From the human T2T-CHM13v2.0 reference genome, Homo sapiens, in assembly GCF_009914755.1 (NCBI RefSeq), contig NC_060935.1: 64,000 nucleotides of DNA; one strand, given 5' to 3'. A model generated the notes under the pieces. The model searched no databases and was not told the origin of the DNA. It was given only the letters and a program-made list of their open reading frames with translations. This document shows, in pieces, positions 12,421-29,030 of the stretch; within the stretch, counting starts at the first letter, position 1, and each line of letters begins with the position of its first letter. Made by a program: the position numbers and the translations under genes.

Positions 12421-12764
12421 TGGTATGGTTTGGCTGTTTCCCCACCCAAATCTTATCTTGAATTCTCACATGTTGTTGGAGGGACCAAGTGGGAGGTAAC
12501 TGAATCATGGGGACAGGTCTTTCCTGTGCAGTTCTCATGATAGTAAATAAGTCTCACAAGATCTGATATTTTTATAAGAAGGAGTTTCCCTGCACGAGCT
12601 CTCTTTGCCTGCTGTCATCCATGTAGGACATCACTTGCTCCTCCTTGCCTTCCACTATGATTGTGAATTCTCCCCATCCATGTGGAACTCTAAGTCCATT
12701 AAACCTCTTTTTCTTCCCAGTCTTGGGTATGTCTTTATCAGCAGCATGAAAACAGACTAATACA
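12421..12764 (+). mobile_element. THE1 (THE1A/B-like) MaLR solo LTR with 5-bp TSD gaaga
   Basis: tggtatggtttggctg...gactaataca termini; gaaga at 12416-12420 and 12765-12769. Confidence 0.93.
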
Positions 12765-13193
12765 GAAGAACAATATAATTATCCGTCTAAATAATTATAA
12801 AAATTGTGTCATAAATAATTATTTTAAATATAAAAATTATGTTTTATAAATAATCATATTTATTTAAATATAAAAATTGTTTTTACAAGTAATTATAAAA
12901 ACATAGCATTAAAATTAAAAGATAAACATTATAAAACATAAACATTAGAAATTATAAGAAACATAATTCCAATGCCAAAATTATGTCAAGATAATAAGAA
13001 ATCTATATCTTTGGAAAAATAGAATTTTAGCTGAAATCTGGAGAATGAGTGAGAGCTACCCAAGTAAATATTCCTGATTGAGAATGGAGAATGCAGTGAC
13101 ACTGTAGGTTAAAGCCTTCTTGGCAGAAGAAGCATGGGCACAGTCAATGAACGAAAGACAAAAGTGGCTTTATTGTAAATGGTTACTACCTAG

Positions 13194-13658
<465 letters not shown>

Positions 13659-14498
13659 TGGTGTTGAATTTTTAATATACTATGGCATAATCAGTCCCAA
13701 AAATTGTTGAAGAAAATAAATTTTTTTTTGAAGCAAACAGATCATCCATCTAAGAACAGGGACACCATTTGGATCAAGGTAGTTCCTCTGACAATAAATT
13801 CCAATAAATGTGAAGTTTCTGAGACTTGAAGTGCAATGTTAAAAATATATTTTGGTGTACTAATAAGCACAGAACATATTCATAGGAATAGTGGTGAATA
13901 CAAAAATATTCAAGAAGCCTACATGACGTGGGACTCCAAAAATCAGGGCTTTTATCATATTTTGGATTGTATTTGGTGTCTCTTTTCTAGCTAAATAGAG
14001 AATTATACTAAATGAAGTTGTACAGAAATAAAGAAAAGGACAGAGTAAACCAAGTCTGTCTGCTTAAATAGCAGGCAACTTATAAAATGCTTTCCATTTA
14101 ATAGCTTTTTAACAAAGATCTGTTGAAAAATTGAATGAAGGAGGATGAATGTAATGAAGGAAGTATATTTACCAACTATAGTTAATTAATAGTAAATAAA
14201 TTTGAAATTAATGGTATATATTGTGAGGGAACTTCACACAGATGAATCTACGACTTATGATTTTGTTTAGTCAGGCTTTTTTGGAGAATGTATAATATTC
14301 TTTGAAGGAAATATATTTAAAGGGTCTATATATTTAGAATATATATATATATATAGAATATATATTTATGTATTTAGAATCAATAATAATTGCTAAACAC
14401 TCTTCCTTTGCAGGAATATCACACAATTTGTTTATATAATAATAAGCTGATGGTCATTTGAGTTGTTTTCAGTTTGGGACTATTAGAAAGAAACCTTC

Positions 14499-14779
<281 letters not shown>

Positions 14780-14929
14780 GAAAGGAAGAAAGAAAGGGAG
14801 GGAGGGAGGAAGGAATGAAGGAAGGAAGGAAGGAAGGAAGGAAGGAAGGAAGGAAGGAAGGGAGAGAAGGAGGGAGGGAGGGAGGAAGGAGAAAGAGAGA
14901 GAGAGAAAGAGAAAGAGAGAGAGAAAGAC

Positions 14930-14960
<31 letters not shown>

Positions 14961-14970
14961 GAAAGAAAGA
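14780..14970 (+). repeat. Purine-only (GGAA)n/(GGGA)n/(GAAA)n tract derived from the Alu tail
   Basis: About 190 bp almost entirely A/G. Confidence 0.95.
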
Positions 14971-16699
14971 TTCTATAATCATTAATTTATACGTCTTTGT
15001 ATAGACGTATGTTTCTTTTTCACTTGGGTAAATACCTAGTTGTGAAATTACTGTTTCCCAAAGTGGTTGGACCATTTTACATTCCTGTTATCTGAGTACT
15101 AGTTTCCCAGTTTCTCTATATCCTCATCAGCACTTAGTATGGTTATCTTTTTGAATTGTACTCCTTCTGACAGGTATATAGTAATATTTAATTGTGGTTT
15201 TATTCATAGTTACCTGATGACTAATGAGGTTGAACAGTGTTGTGTGTGTGCTTACTGACCATTCATATAACTTCTTTGGTGAATTCTCTGTCCAAACATT
15301 TGCCCACTTCTTAAAAAGTTAGGTTATTTGCATTTTTACTGTTGACTATTGAGATTTCTGTATATATGCTAGATAAAAATCTTTTGTTAGGTATCTACTT
15401 TGCAGTAACTTTTTTCTGACCTTTGGCTTATATTTCCTTTCTGTTGTCAGTGTCTTTTGAAGAACCAAAGTTTTTAATCTGATGCATACTCTTTCAGTTT
15501 GTTCTTTTGGAATTGTGCATTTGCTATCATATGTAGGTAATCTTTGTGTCTCCCAAGGTAAAAATAAATCGTTTCTGGTATACATTCTTTTAGAAGTAGC
15601 ATAATTTTAGGTTTAACATTTAGCTTGGTAATCCACTCTGAATTAATTTTTGTTCATGATGCAAACATATAGGCTCACTCTTTTTTTCATTTTGATATCC
15701 AATCTTTCCAGCACTACTTACTGAACCATTTGTTCTCCATGTGTATTTCTATTGTTCAGCCTCTTGAAAAAAAAAAAAGTAGTACAACTATGTGTGAATT
15801 TACCTCTAGACTCTCTATTCTGTTTCATTGATCTATTTATAGAAGTTAAATTTGAGTTTTAAGAAGCACATGTAATTGGAACATATTTAAGTCACTAAAA
15901 TAAGTTGGTGTCTAGACAAGGGCAGAGAGGTGAATACAAATGACCTAAGAAGCTGTAGTTAATCCAGTACCTCAGCTGTTGAAGAATCCTTGTGATTTTT
16001 TATAGAGTAGTGTAAGAAGAGCCACAAAAGAAGGCAGATAAATAGGAAAAACAAAACAAAAACAAGAAATAAACATTCAGATAAGTAGAACACAATAAAT
16101 GACGAATGAAGTTTTCTGCAGTAACTGCCCATAGAAAGCAATTTTGACAAAGAGGAGATTTTTCAACAGTGCCACATACTACCCAAAGGCTCAAGCAGGT
16201 CAGGCCTGGGACAATTAATAGCTTTCTTAGCCCTTGAAAAGATTTTGATTAAAGGTACTTACTATTTCATGAGAGGAATAAATTATTGCAATATGAATTA
16301 TAATACATATTTTTTAATTCCCAAACTACAGAAATCACAAATGGAGCCTGTTGGGTTAGACAGCCTTAGAAAGCAGAGGGGTGTGAGGTAGATGTTAAAT
16401 TCTCAAGGACAAACTTTGTTAACTTCATAAATCCACTGGAGGCCACTGTACAGAGTACATAATATATATACGTCTACATTATACAGAAATATACAAGCAA
16501 GTACATTGTGCTTTATTTATATCTTCCTCACAATTATGTTAGGTGACTGTAACCTCTCATAATACACTAGCAAGCCAAATGGGATATTTACAAGACCAGT
16601 CCTTACCAGGGTTTCAAATGATATTCTGCATATCTATAAGCTGGTGATATTTGCCTTAAAAAGATTTAAGTCAGCTAATTTTCACTATATTCCAAGAGC

Positions 16700-17060
16700 A
16701 TTCAAATTAATTATCATAAAGTATACAAAGGTGTGAGGCCATTTCCACTATCTATTGTGGCCACCTTAGAACACTATAATAAAGTACAACATTTAGTCAT
16801 AGTAACTAATAAAATTTTATTGTCAGAAATGGAAAGTCAGGGGTTTATATGCATTTCCTTAGATTTCCTCATGTCTTTGTTGTCAGTCCACTTCTATCAC
16901 TCCCAAACTTTGGCAATCACAGGTCTTGCTTCTGTCCCTATACTTCTGCCTTTTCTGGCAAATCATGTAAATGGAATCATGTGATAATAGTCTTCTGTAT
17001 ATCACTGATTTCACTTAACATAATGTGTTCAAGATTTATCCGCATTTTTTCAAGTATTAT
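16700..17060 (-). mobile_element. L1ME-type fragment
   Basis: ggcaatcacaggtcttgcttctgtccctata...aatggaatcat...tttcacttaacataatgtgttcaagatttatc. Confidence 0.6.
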
Positions 17061-17190
17061 ATACACAATTTAATAAAGTAATGTTAGATTAAGTTTTCAG
17101 GTCAGACACAAATCTGATCTTTTACAAATATTAAGCTATACTTTTGGGTTTCATTCTACTGGAAAAATTACCCAAATTAATTGGTATCTC

Positions 17191-17607
17191 TGTGAGTTAG
17201 AAATTTTTAGAGAAACAGAACCAACAGGAAGTATATATATATATATATACACATATATATACACATATATATGTGTGTGTATATATATATACGTATATAT
17301 ATACATATATAAAATGTGCGTGTGTGTGTGTGTGTATCTTCATTTTAAGAAATTGGCTTACACATTGTGGAGGCTTGGTGAACCCCAAACCTGCAGTGTA
17401 GGGAGGCAGGCTGAAGACCTAGGAAAGAATTGCAGTTTGAACACAATGGCAGTCTTCTGACAAAATGTTTTCTTTCACAGAGAACATCAGTCTGTGTTCT
17501 ATTGAAAGCTTCAACTGAATGGATGAAACCCATCCACATTACACAAGACAATGTGCTTAACTCCAAGTCTAATGATTTAAAAGTTGATGCACAAAGTTAA
17601 CTAGCAT
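17191..17607 (-). mobile_element. MLT2-family (ERVL) LTR with internal (TA/CA/TG)n
   Basis: agagaaacagaaccaacagga, aattggcttacac, cttcaactgaatggatgaaacccatccacatta. Confidence 0.8.
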
Positions 17608-18370
17608 AGTATTTCTGTTAGATTAAAATTTATATATTAACCTATGCCACTTTAAAGTTGTAAAATAGACCAGTCAATTAAAAAAATGAGCTCAGCACTG
17701 CACTCAGGACCAGTAAACACTTGCTTTATTTCTAATTTCAGATAATTTTTCTAAGATAACATAATTGTTATTGCTCTTATAAAGTCAGTAAAATTTATAC
17801 CAAAGAGAAATAAGTTATTCTTAGAGAAGTTTTTTTTTTTCTGAACAAAGATTGTGAACTGTTTCTGATGTCTATCTTTTATGATGCCAATGCTCGTTTG
17901 TTCTGTTTTATGAATAATGTTCCATGTGAATAGACTCCTCAGACATTTTCAGGCTCATTTATAACTTTTGGTTATATGGTGAAGGATCCAGGTACTCATT
18001 AGAACTATAAATGACTCTATAGGCAAGGGTACCACAGGGGTTGTTGGAAAGTCCTAATATAATTACCAAGACAGGGAAGGAGATATTGAACAAAAGGATC
18101 ATACAGATGTGTGAACTTTGAAAATGACTTTCCTTCTGGGAACTTTCTAATTTAAATAAGTATATCATGGATATGAGCTATAAATTATTTTTTCCTGTCT
18201 ACATATTTTATTTTCTTTACTGTTAAGCTTCTATAAACTTAATCCAAGTGCGATTGTTATTTTCATGTGTAATTTAGCTAGATGATTGTACCAGTTATTC
18301 AACCAAACACTATTCTAGTTGTTGGCAAAGATATTTTGTTTATATGGTTAATATCTATAATAATTTGATC

Positions 18371-18455
18371 TTTTTATTCATTTTTATATTTGTAATTGAT
18401 AAATTAAAATGTAAATGGTTATAGTATACAACATGGTATTTTCATATATGTATAC
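18371..18455 (-). mobile_element. Short L1MA 3' terminus inserted in the MLT2
   Basis: taattgataaattaaaatgtaaatggttatagtatacaacatggtatttt. Confidence 0.6.
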
Positions 18456-18584
18456 TTCAAGTAAAGATTATTCTTAATCGTATGTGTGACTAAATCCCAT
18501 TAGTTAAAAAAAAAAAACAAAAAAAAAACAGTGCAAAACTAAGGTTTCACCAGAGAAGAAATTCTGCTTCAAGACCATAGCTTA

Positions 18585-20150
18585 AAATATTTTCATTAGT
18601 GCTTTATAGTTTTCCTTGTAAGATCTTTCATATCTTTGGGTAAATGTATTTTTATTTTTTTTTTGTAGGTACTGTAAGTGGGATTGCTTACTTGATATTT
18701 TTCAGCTAGTTTGTTATTCATGTATTGAAACACTTCTAATTTTTGTATGTCAAATTTGTATTCTGCAATTTTACTGAATCCATTTATCAGTTCTGAGTTT
18801 TTTGGTAGAGTCTTTTGTTTTTTTCTGTATATATTATAATAAAATCATGTCAAACAGGGACAATTTTACTTCCTCCTTTCCAGTTTCTTTCTCTTGCCTG
18901 ATGGCTCTTTCACAGACTTCTAGTACTATATTCAATAAGAATGTGGGAATGGACATCCTTGTCCTGTTTTAGTTCTTACAGGAAAACTTTTCAGCTTGTC
19001 CTCCTTCAGGATAATATTCGTTATGTGTTTGTCATACGATCCAGCAATCCCATTACTGGGTATTTATCCAAAGGAAAGAAAATCAAAGAGATATCTGCAC
19101 CTCTTTCTTAGTTCATTTAGTATTGCTGTTAAGAAATATGTGAGGCTGAGTAATTTGTAAATAAAAGAGGTTGATTTAGCTGACGGTTCTACTGGCTGTA
19201 GTATAAGAAGCATTGCAGGTGAAATAAGCCAGGAAGCATCTGCTTCTGGTGAGGGATTCAGACTGCTTCCACTCATGGCAGAAAGGAAAGGAGAGCCAGA
19301 AAGTGCAGAGATCCCACGGAGAGAGAGGAAGCAATAGTGCGGTTGGGGGAGGGAGGCCCTTTTTAACAACCAGCTCTCACAGGATCTAATAGAGCAAGAA
19401 CTCAATTATCCCATCCCAACGTCACCAGGGAGGGTGTTAATGTATTCATAAAGGAATAGATTATGCTTCCCCAAAATGCTTCCCATTAGGCCCTACCTCA
19501 AGCCTTGAGATAAAATTTGAACACGAGTTTTAGGGGGACAAACACCCAAATATAGAACCCCCCATGTTTATTGCAACACTATTCACCATAGCCAATAGAT
19601 GGAATCAAACTATGTATCCAACAGCAGAAGAATGAATAAAGAAAATGTGTTATGTATGCACAATGGAATGCTGCTCAACCACAAAAATAATAAAATCTTG
19701 TCATTCACAGGAGCATGAGTTATCCTGGAACACATTACGTTAAGCGAAATAAGCCAGAAACAGAAAGTTAAAAACAACATGTTCTCACTCACATGTATAA
19801 GCTAAAAAAGTTGATCTTATTGTGTAAACATGAGACCAGAGATTACTAGAGGCTGGGAAGTGGGGGAATGGGAGGATAGGGAGATATTTGTTAAAGAATA
19901 CAAAATTACAGCTAAACGAGAGGAAAATCCCAGTGTTCTGTGGTGCTTGTATATACCATACTATATATTTTCAAATAGTGAGAAGAGAGGGTATTGAATG
20001 TCCTCAGCAAATAAATGATAAATGTTTGAGATGATTGATATGCTAATTACTCTGATCTGAACCTTATACATTGCATGTATGAAAACATTCTGTGTACCCC
20101 ACAAATACATACAATTGTTATGTCAATTAAAATCAATAATAATATTAAAA
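18585..20150 (+). mobile_element. L1MA element with 5' inversion (18585-19037 antisense RT segment; 19033-20150 sense 3' part)
   Basis: Reverse-complement ORF2 text joined at catac to gatccagcaatcccattactggg; L1MA 3' UTR to ~20150. Confidence 0.8.
19104..19557 (-). mobile_element. MST (MSTB-like) MaLR LTR nested in the L1MA
   Basis: gcatctgcttctggtgaggga, ccactcatggcagaaagg, ttttaacaaccagctctc, ggggacaaacacccaaa. Confidence 0.8.
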
Positions 20151-20852
20151 GAATGTAACATCAGCTCCTGCCTATGAGTTTTTGGCCTTTGAACTTGTAC
20201 TATAATTTCAAACTTTTAAGCACCTAAGTTGCTCTTTATATTTTAGGAGATTATTACCCAATAAATGAAGGGCATAAAAGTGTTCTAAAACATTTACTTC
20301 ATGTAAAAATGAAAATTAAAGCATCAGCTTTCTGCTGCAAGTTTTATTTATTTGGCACTATGCTGTGCACCCTACACAAAATTTTGAGGAGGTGGCACAA
20401 AATACTTGCCATGTTTGTTGACTCATATTCACAGCTTCTCCAGAATATCTAAGCCCACAAAGAAAGTACATCAAGAAGATCTGATAATTATAAGAAATAA
20501 TACTTTCATGCTCCAACAACTTACAAAATGGGTGAGTGAACTCCTTCAGGTATTCAAAAACATCTGGATGAAAGCAAACCCTAAGACTACAGTATGAATA
20601 TCAATTTTGGGAAAAAAGTCATAGGTACTAAGATTTATAAAGTACCTATTTTATAATTTGTAATTATAAATATATTAGGACTGTTATTTTTCATATACAC
20701 ATACATAAACATATTACATATGTATGTGTGTATATATTTATCTTATATATGCTGAATATATATATGCTGAATAATTTATTGAAAATATCTACAAGTCATC
20801 TGGATATTAATCATAACACTGTTAACAAACGGAATTGCGATTACTAGAATGT

Positions 20853-21758
20853 GGGGAAGAGCCAAGATGGCCGAAAAGGAACAGCTCCGGTCTACAGCTC
20901 CCAGCGTGAGCGACGCAGAAGACGGGTGATTTCTGCATTTCCATCTGAGTAACTGGGTTCATCTCACTAGGGAGCACCAGACAGTGGGCGCAGGTCAGTG
21001 GGTGCACACACCGTGCGCAAGCCAAAGCAGGGTGAGGCATTGCCTCACTCGGGAAGCGCAAGGGGTCAGGGAGTTCCCTTTCCTAGTCAAAGAAAGGGGT
21101 GACAGAGGGCACCTGGAAAATCGGATCACTCACACCCAAACACTGCGCTTTTCCGACGGGCTTAAAAAACGGCGCACCATGAGATTATATCACGCACCTG
21201 GCTCAGAGGGTCCTACACCCAGGGAGTCTCGCTGATTGCTAGCACAGCAGTCTGAGATCAAACTGCAAGGCAGCAGCCAGGCTGGGGGAGGGGCACCCGC
21301 CATTGCCCAGGCTTGCTTAGGTAAACAAAGCAACTGGGAAGCTCGAACAGGGTGGAGCCCACCACAGCTCAAGGAGGCCTGCCTGCCTCTGTAGGCTCCA
21401 CCTCTGGGGGCAGGGCACAGACAAACAAAAAGACAGCAGTAACCTCTGCAGACTTAAATGTGCCTGTCTGACAGCTTTGAAGAGAGCAGTGGTTCTCCCA
21501 GCATGCAGCTGGAGATCTGAGAATGGGCAGACTGCCTCCTCAAGTGGCTCCCTGACCCCTGACCCCCGAGCAGCCTAACTAGGAGGCACCCCCCAGCAGG
21601 GGCAGACTGACACCTCACACGGCCAGGTACTCCAACAGACCTGCAGCTGAGGGTCCTGTCTGTTAGAAGGAAAACTAACAAACAGAAAGGACATCCACAC
21701 CAAAAACCCATCTGTACATCACCATCATCAAAGACCAAAAGTAGATAAAACCACAAAG
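20853..21758 (+). promoter_or_regulatory. L1 5' UTR internal sense promoter and antisense promoter; YY1 site caagatggccg near 20863
   Basis: The most CpG-rich region of the window; canonical L1 5' UTR sequence. Confidence 0.8.
21190..21303 (-). pseudogene. L1 ORF0, truncated to 37 aa (MAGAPPPAWLLPCSLISDCCASNQRDSLGVGPSEPGA*)
   Basis: Matches the N-terminus of primate L1 ORF0; premature TGA at 21190-21192. Confidence 0.85.
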
Positions 21759-22775
21759 ATGGGGAAAAAACAGAGCAGACAAACTGGAAACTCTAAAAAG
21801 CAGAGCGCCTCTCCTCCTGCAAAGTAACGCACTTCCTCACCAGCAACGGAACAAAGCTGGATGGAGAATGACTTTGACGAGCTGAGAGAAGAAGGCTTCA
21901 GACGATCAAATTACTCCGAGCTACGGGAGGACATTCAAACCAAAGGCAAAGAAGTTGAAAACTTTGAAAAAATTTTAGAAGAATGTATAACTAGAATAAC
22001 CAATACAAAGAAGTGCTTAAAGGAGCTGATGGAGCTGAAAACCAAGGCTCGAGAACTACGTGAAGAATGCAGAAGCCTCAGGAGCCAATGCGATCAACTG
22101 GAAGAAAGGGTATCAGTGATGGAACATGAAATGAATGAAATGAAGCGAGAAGGGAAGTTTAGAGAAAAAAGAATAAAAAGAAAAGAGCAAAGCCTCCAAG
22201 AAATATGGGACTATGTGAAAAGACCAAATCTGTGTCTGATTGGTGTACCGGAAAGTGATGGGGAGAATGGAACCAAGTTGGAAAACACTCTGCAGGATAT
22301 TATCCAGGAGAACTTCCCCAATCTAGCAAGACAGGCCAACATTCAGATTCAGGAAATACAGAGAATGCCACAAAGATACTCCTTGAGAAGAGCAACTCCA
22401 AGACACATAATTGTCAGATTCACCAAAGTTGAAATGAAGGAGAAAATGTTAAGGGCAGCCAGAGATAAAGGTCAGGTTACCCTCAAAGGGAAGCTCATCA
22501 GACTAACAGCGGATCTCTCGGCAGAAACTCTACAAGCCAGAAGAGAGTAGGGGCCAATATTCAACATTCTTAAAGAAAAGAATTTTCAACCCAGAATTTC
22601 ATATCCAGCCAAACTAAGCTTCATAAGTGAAGGGGAAATAAAATCCTTTACAGACAAGCAAATGCTGAGAGATTTTGTCACCACCAGGCCTGCCCTAAAA
22701 GAGCTCCTGAAGGAAGCACTAAACATGGAAAGGAACAACTGGTACCAGCCACTGCAAAATCATGCCAAAATGTAA
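21759..22775 (+). pseudogene. L1 ORF1p (338 codons) with two in-frame stops
   Basis: ATG at 21759; TAA at 21825-21827; TAG at 22548-22550; natural TAA at 22773-22775; the 229-aa track ORF is the middle part. Confidence 0.95.
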
Positions 22776-22838
22776 AGACCATCAAGACTAGGAAGAAACT
22801 GCATCAACTAACGAGCAAAATAACCAGCTAACATCATA

Positions 22839-26662
<3,824 letters not shown>

Positions 26663-27350
26663 ACAATGAGAACACATGGACACAGGAAGGGGAACATCAC
26701 ACTCTGGGGACTGTTGTGGGGTGGGGAGAGGGGGGAGGGATAGCACTGGGAGATATACCTAATGCTAGATGGTGAGTTAGTGGGTGCAGCGCACCAGCAT
26801 GGCAAAGGTATACATATGTAACTAACCTGCACATTGTGCACATGTACCCTAAAACTTAAAGTATAATAATAATAAATTAAAAAAAAAACAAATGGAATTG
26901 CACACTACTGTTCCATAAACCATCTTTAAATAGGTATTAGTGTTTAAATTGTTAACATATATTACTGTAGAAAGTAAAAATAGACAATTGTTTGATAAAT
27001 CTAAATATTAGAATATTTTATCTGTTTCTGCAAATGAGATGGAAATATTTGTTACTTTGAAATAAATCCAGATACTCACACTAGAAGGATCCTTAAGCCT
27101 TAATCTAATTCAAAGTACCTATTTTACAAATTAGTTAACTGAGGTCACCCAATGAGTGTTTTAGATTCTGTAACACCTTAGTTCTGACTTTAAGAATATT
27201 AATCACTACCAAAACGACTTCTGAGAAATTTAATGTAGGCCTAAAATAATACATTAAGATTCTTATTTTTCTTCCTAATCTTCAATTCTTGTGAGAACAT
27301 CATAAAAATCAGAGATCTTTTCCAGAGAGAAATTCACCCATCTTTATATG

Positions 27351-27429
27351 TATATTATATTATATTATATTATATTATATTATATTATATTATATTATTA
27401 GTATATTATATTATATTATATTATATTAT
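27351..27429. repeat. (TATAT)n pentanucleotide microsatellite
   Basis: About 15 copies with one interruption. Confidence 0.95.
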
Positions 27430-28544
27430 CTATCCATCTTAAATCTATCCATAAACTCCCACCATCCAGTTAAAAAAATGTGAGAGAGACATAAGAATTA
27501 TCTTTATTTTCCCCAATTAACCAGACACAAGTTATTTCAGATTACTCAACCACAACCACAAAGTAAGTACCGAGAAAATTGGAGAATTCTCAGAGAAGAT
27601 GAGATCAACTAATTTAAAAATTACTAAGCCGGACAACTGCTATATAGAAGGCTATGGTCAGTCTCACCTAAAGTCGGTTATTGAAAAAGGAGGTAGAGCA
27701 AATCTCCTCATCCCCAAACACATAACAACAACAACAACAAAAATGGTCTCTTGAAGAAAAACAATTAATAAAAAGTATAGTAAGAAAATATTCATTATTT
27801 TAGATATTCAGTATGTGTCCATAAAAGTAGCACATATATACAAACACTACTTTAATAACAGTGATTTCGTCTACAAAAATCTGTATTACATACAATTATT
27901 ACATTTGAGAAAAATGAAATTTGTCTATTGTTTTTCCCATAGGAGACCTATATAATGTTAATCTATTAAAATAAAATTCATTTTGAATAGCACATTAACC
28001 AGATGTTATGCTGAGCTGTATCTGCAAAATTTTAAAACTAAATTGGCTCCTTACACATATGTTATTCAAGATCAGTTCTCTAAATCTTAATCACAAGACA
28101 TTACCATTGACAGGACCAGGTGTTGCATCAAGAAATCTGGGGGTTAAAGTAAATTTTGATTTTAATGTGTGTGTGTGTGTGTGTGTAAGAAAAATTACTT
28201 TCATCTCCTTAAAAAATAATAAAGTGGTAAGTAGAGATGATCTGTGCATGTGTGTTATGTATATCAAGTATTAATCATAGCATATATACCAGAATGCATG
28301 TGCTTAGTAAATGCTTATACAAAAGCTGAGTCATATATGATAGCACCTCAATCCTAGCTTTGTTCTTTCAACAACGAAATAACACTATTTCTTTGCTTCA
28401 TTAGCTTCCTGAGATGAGTAGTCTTATACATTAAATCCCTCTAATAGTCCGAATGGTTTTCAACAGTTTAATCACTCATTCTATTAAATGTTAAGCATAC
28501 ATCCCCAAATATGTTCATAGATTTTAAATTATTAACTATGTACA

Positions 28545-28770
28545 TATATCCTGTAGTGATCAAAGGCACCAACTCTGGAGTTAGATTGCCTTGATTTAAA
28601 TCAAGCTTCAGCCACTTTCTAGCTTTGTGAATTTAGGTAAGTTATTTTATCAATATGTATCACTGTTAATATTAAATGAAGAGGTGGGTAATAGCATCCA
28701 CTTCATATGGCTGTTGTGAGGATGGAATTATTTAATATGTATCAAGTTCTTATAATATTGTAAGTATTCA
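28545..28770 (+). mobile_element. MIR SINE
   Basis: actctggagttagattgccttgatttaaatcaagcttcagccactttctagctttgtgaatttaggtaagtta...ggctgttgtgaggat. Confidence 0.75.
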
Positions 28771-28858
28771 AATACTGGGGGGTATTATTTGTATTTTATT
28801 GTGGTTATTGCTATAATATTACATTATATGTCCCCCAATAGTAAAGAAAAATAAATTG

Positions 28859-29030
28859 CACACACATACATATATATACACACACACACACAGACACTGA
28901 GAGAGAGAGAGAAAGAAAGAGAAACACAGAAAGAAAGAAAGAAAAAAGAAAGAAAGAAAAGAGAGAGAGAGAAGGAAGGGAGTGACGAAAGAAAAGGAAG
29001 AGGAACAGGAGAAAGAGAACAAAAAGGAGA
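28859..29030. repeat. (CA)n/(GA)n/(GAAA)n compound low-complexity tract
   Basis: Seen directly. Confidence 0.9.

Larger units (their letters stand above)
18249..20205 (+). mobile_element. MLT2 (C/D-like) LTR split by two L1 insertions (pieces 18249-18370, 18456-18583, 20150-20205)
   Basis: ccagttattcaaccaaacact; aaggtttcaccagagaagaaattctgcttcaagac; resumes at catcagctcctgcc. Confidence 0.7.
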
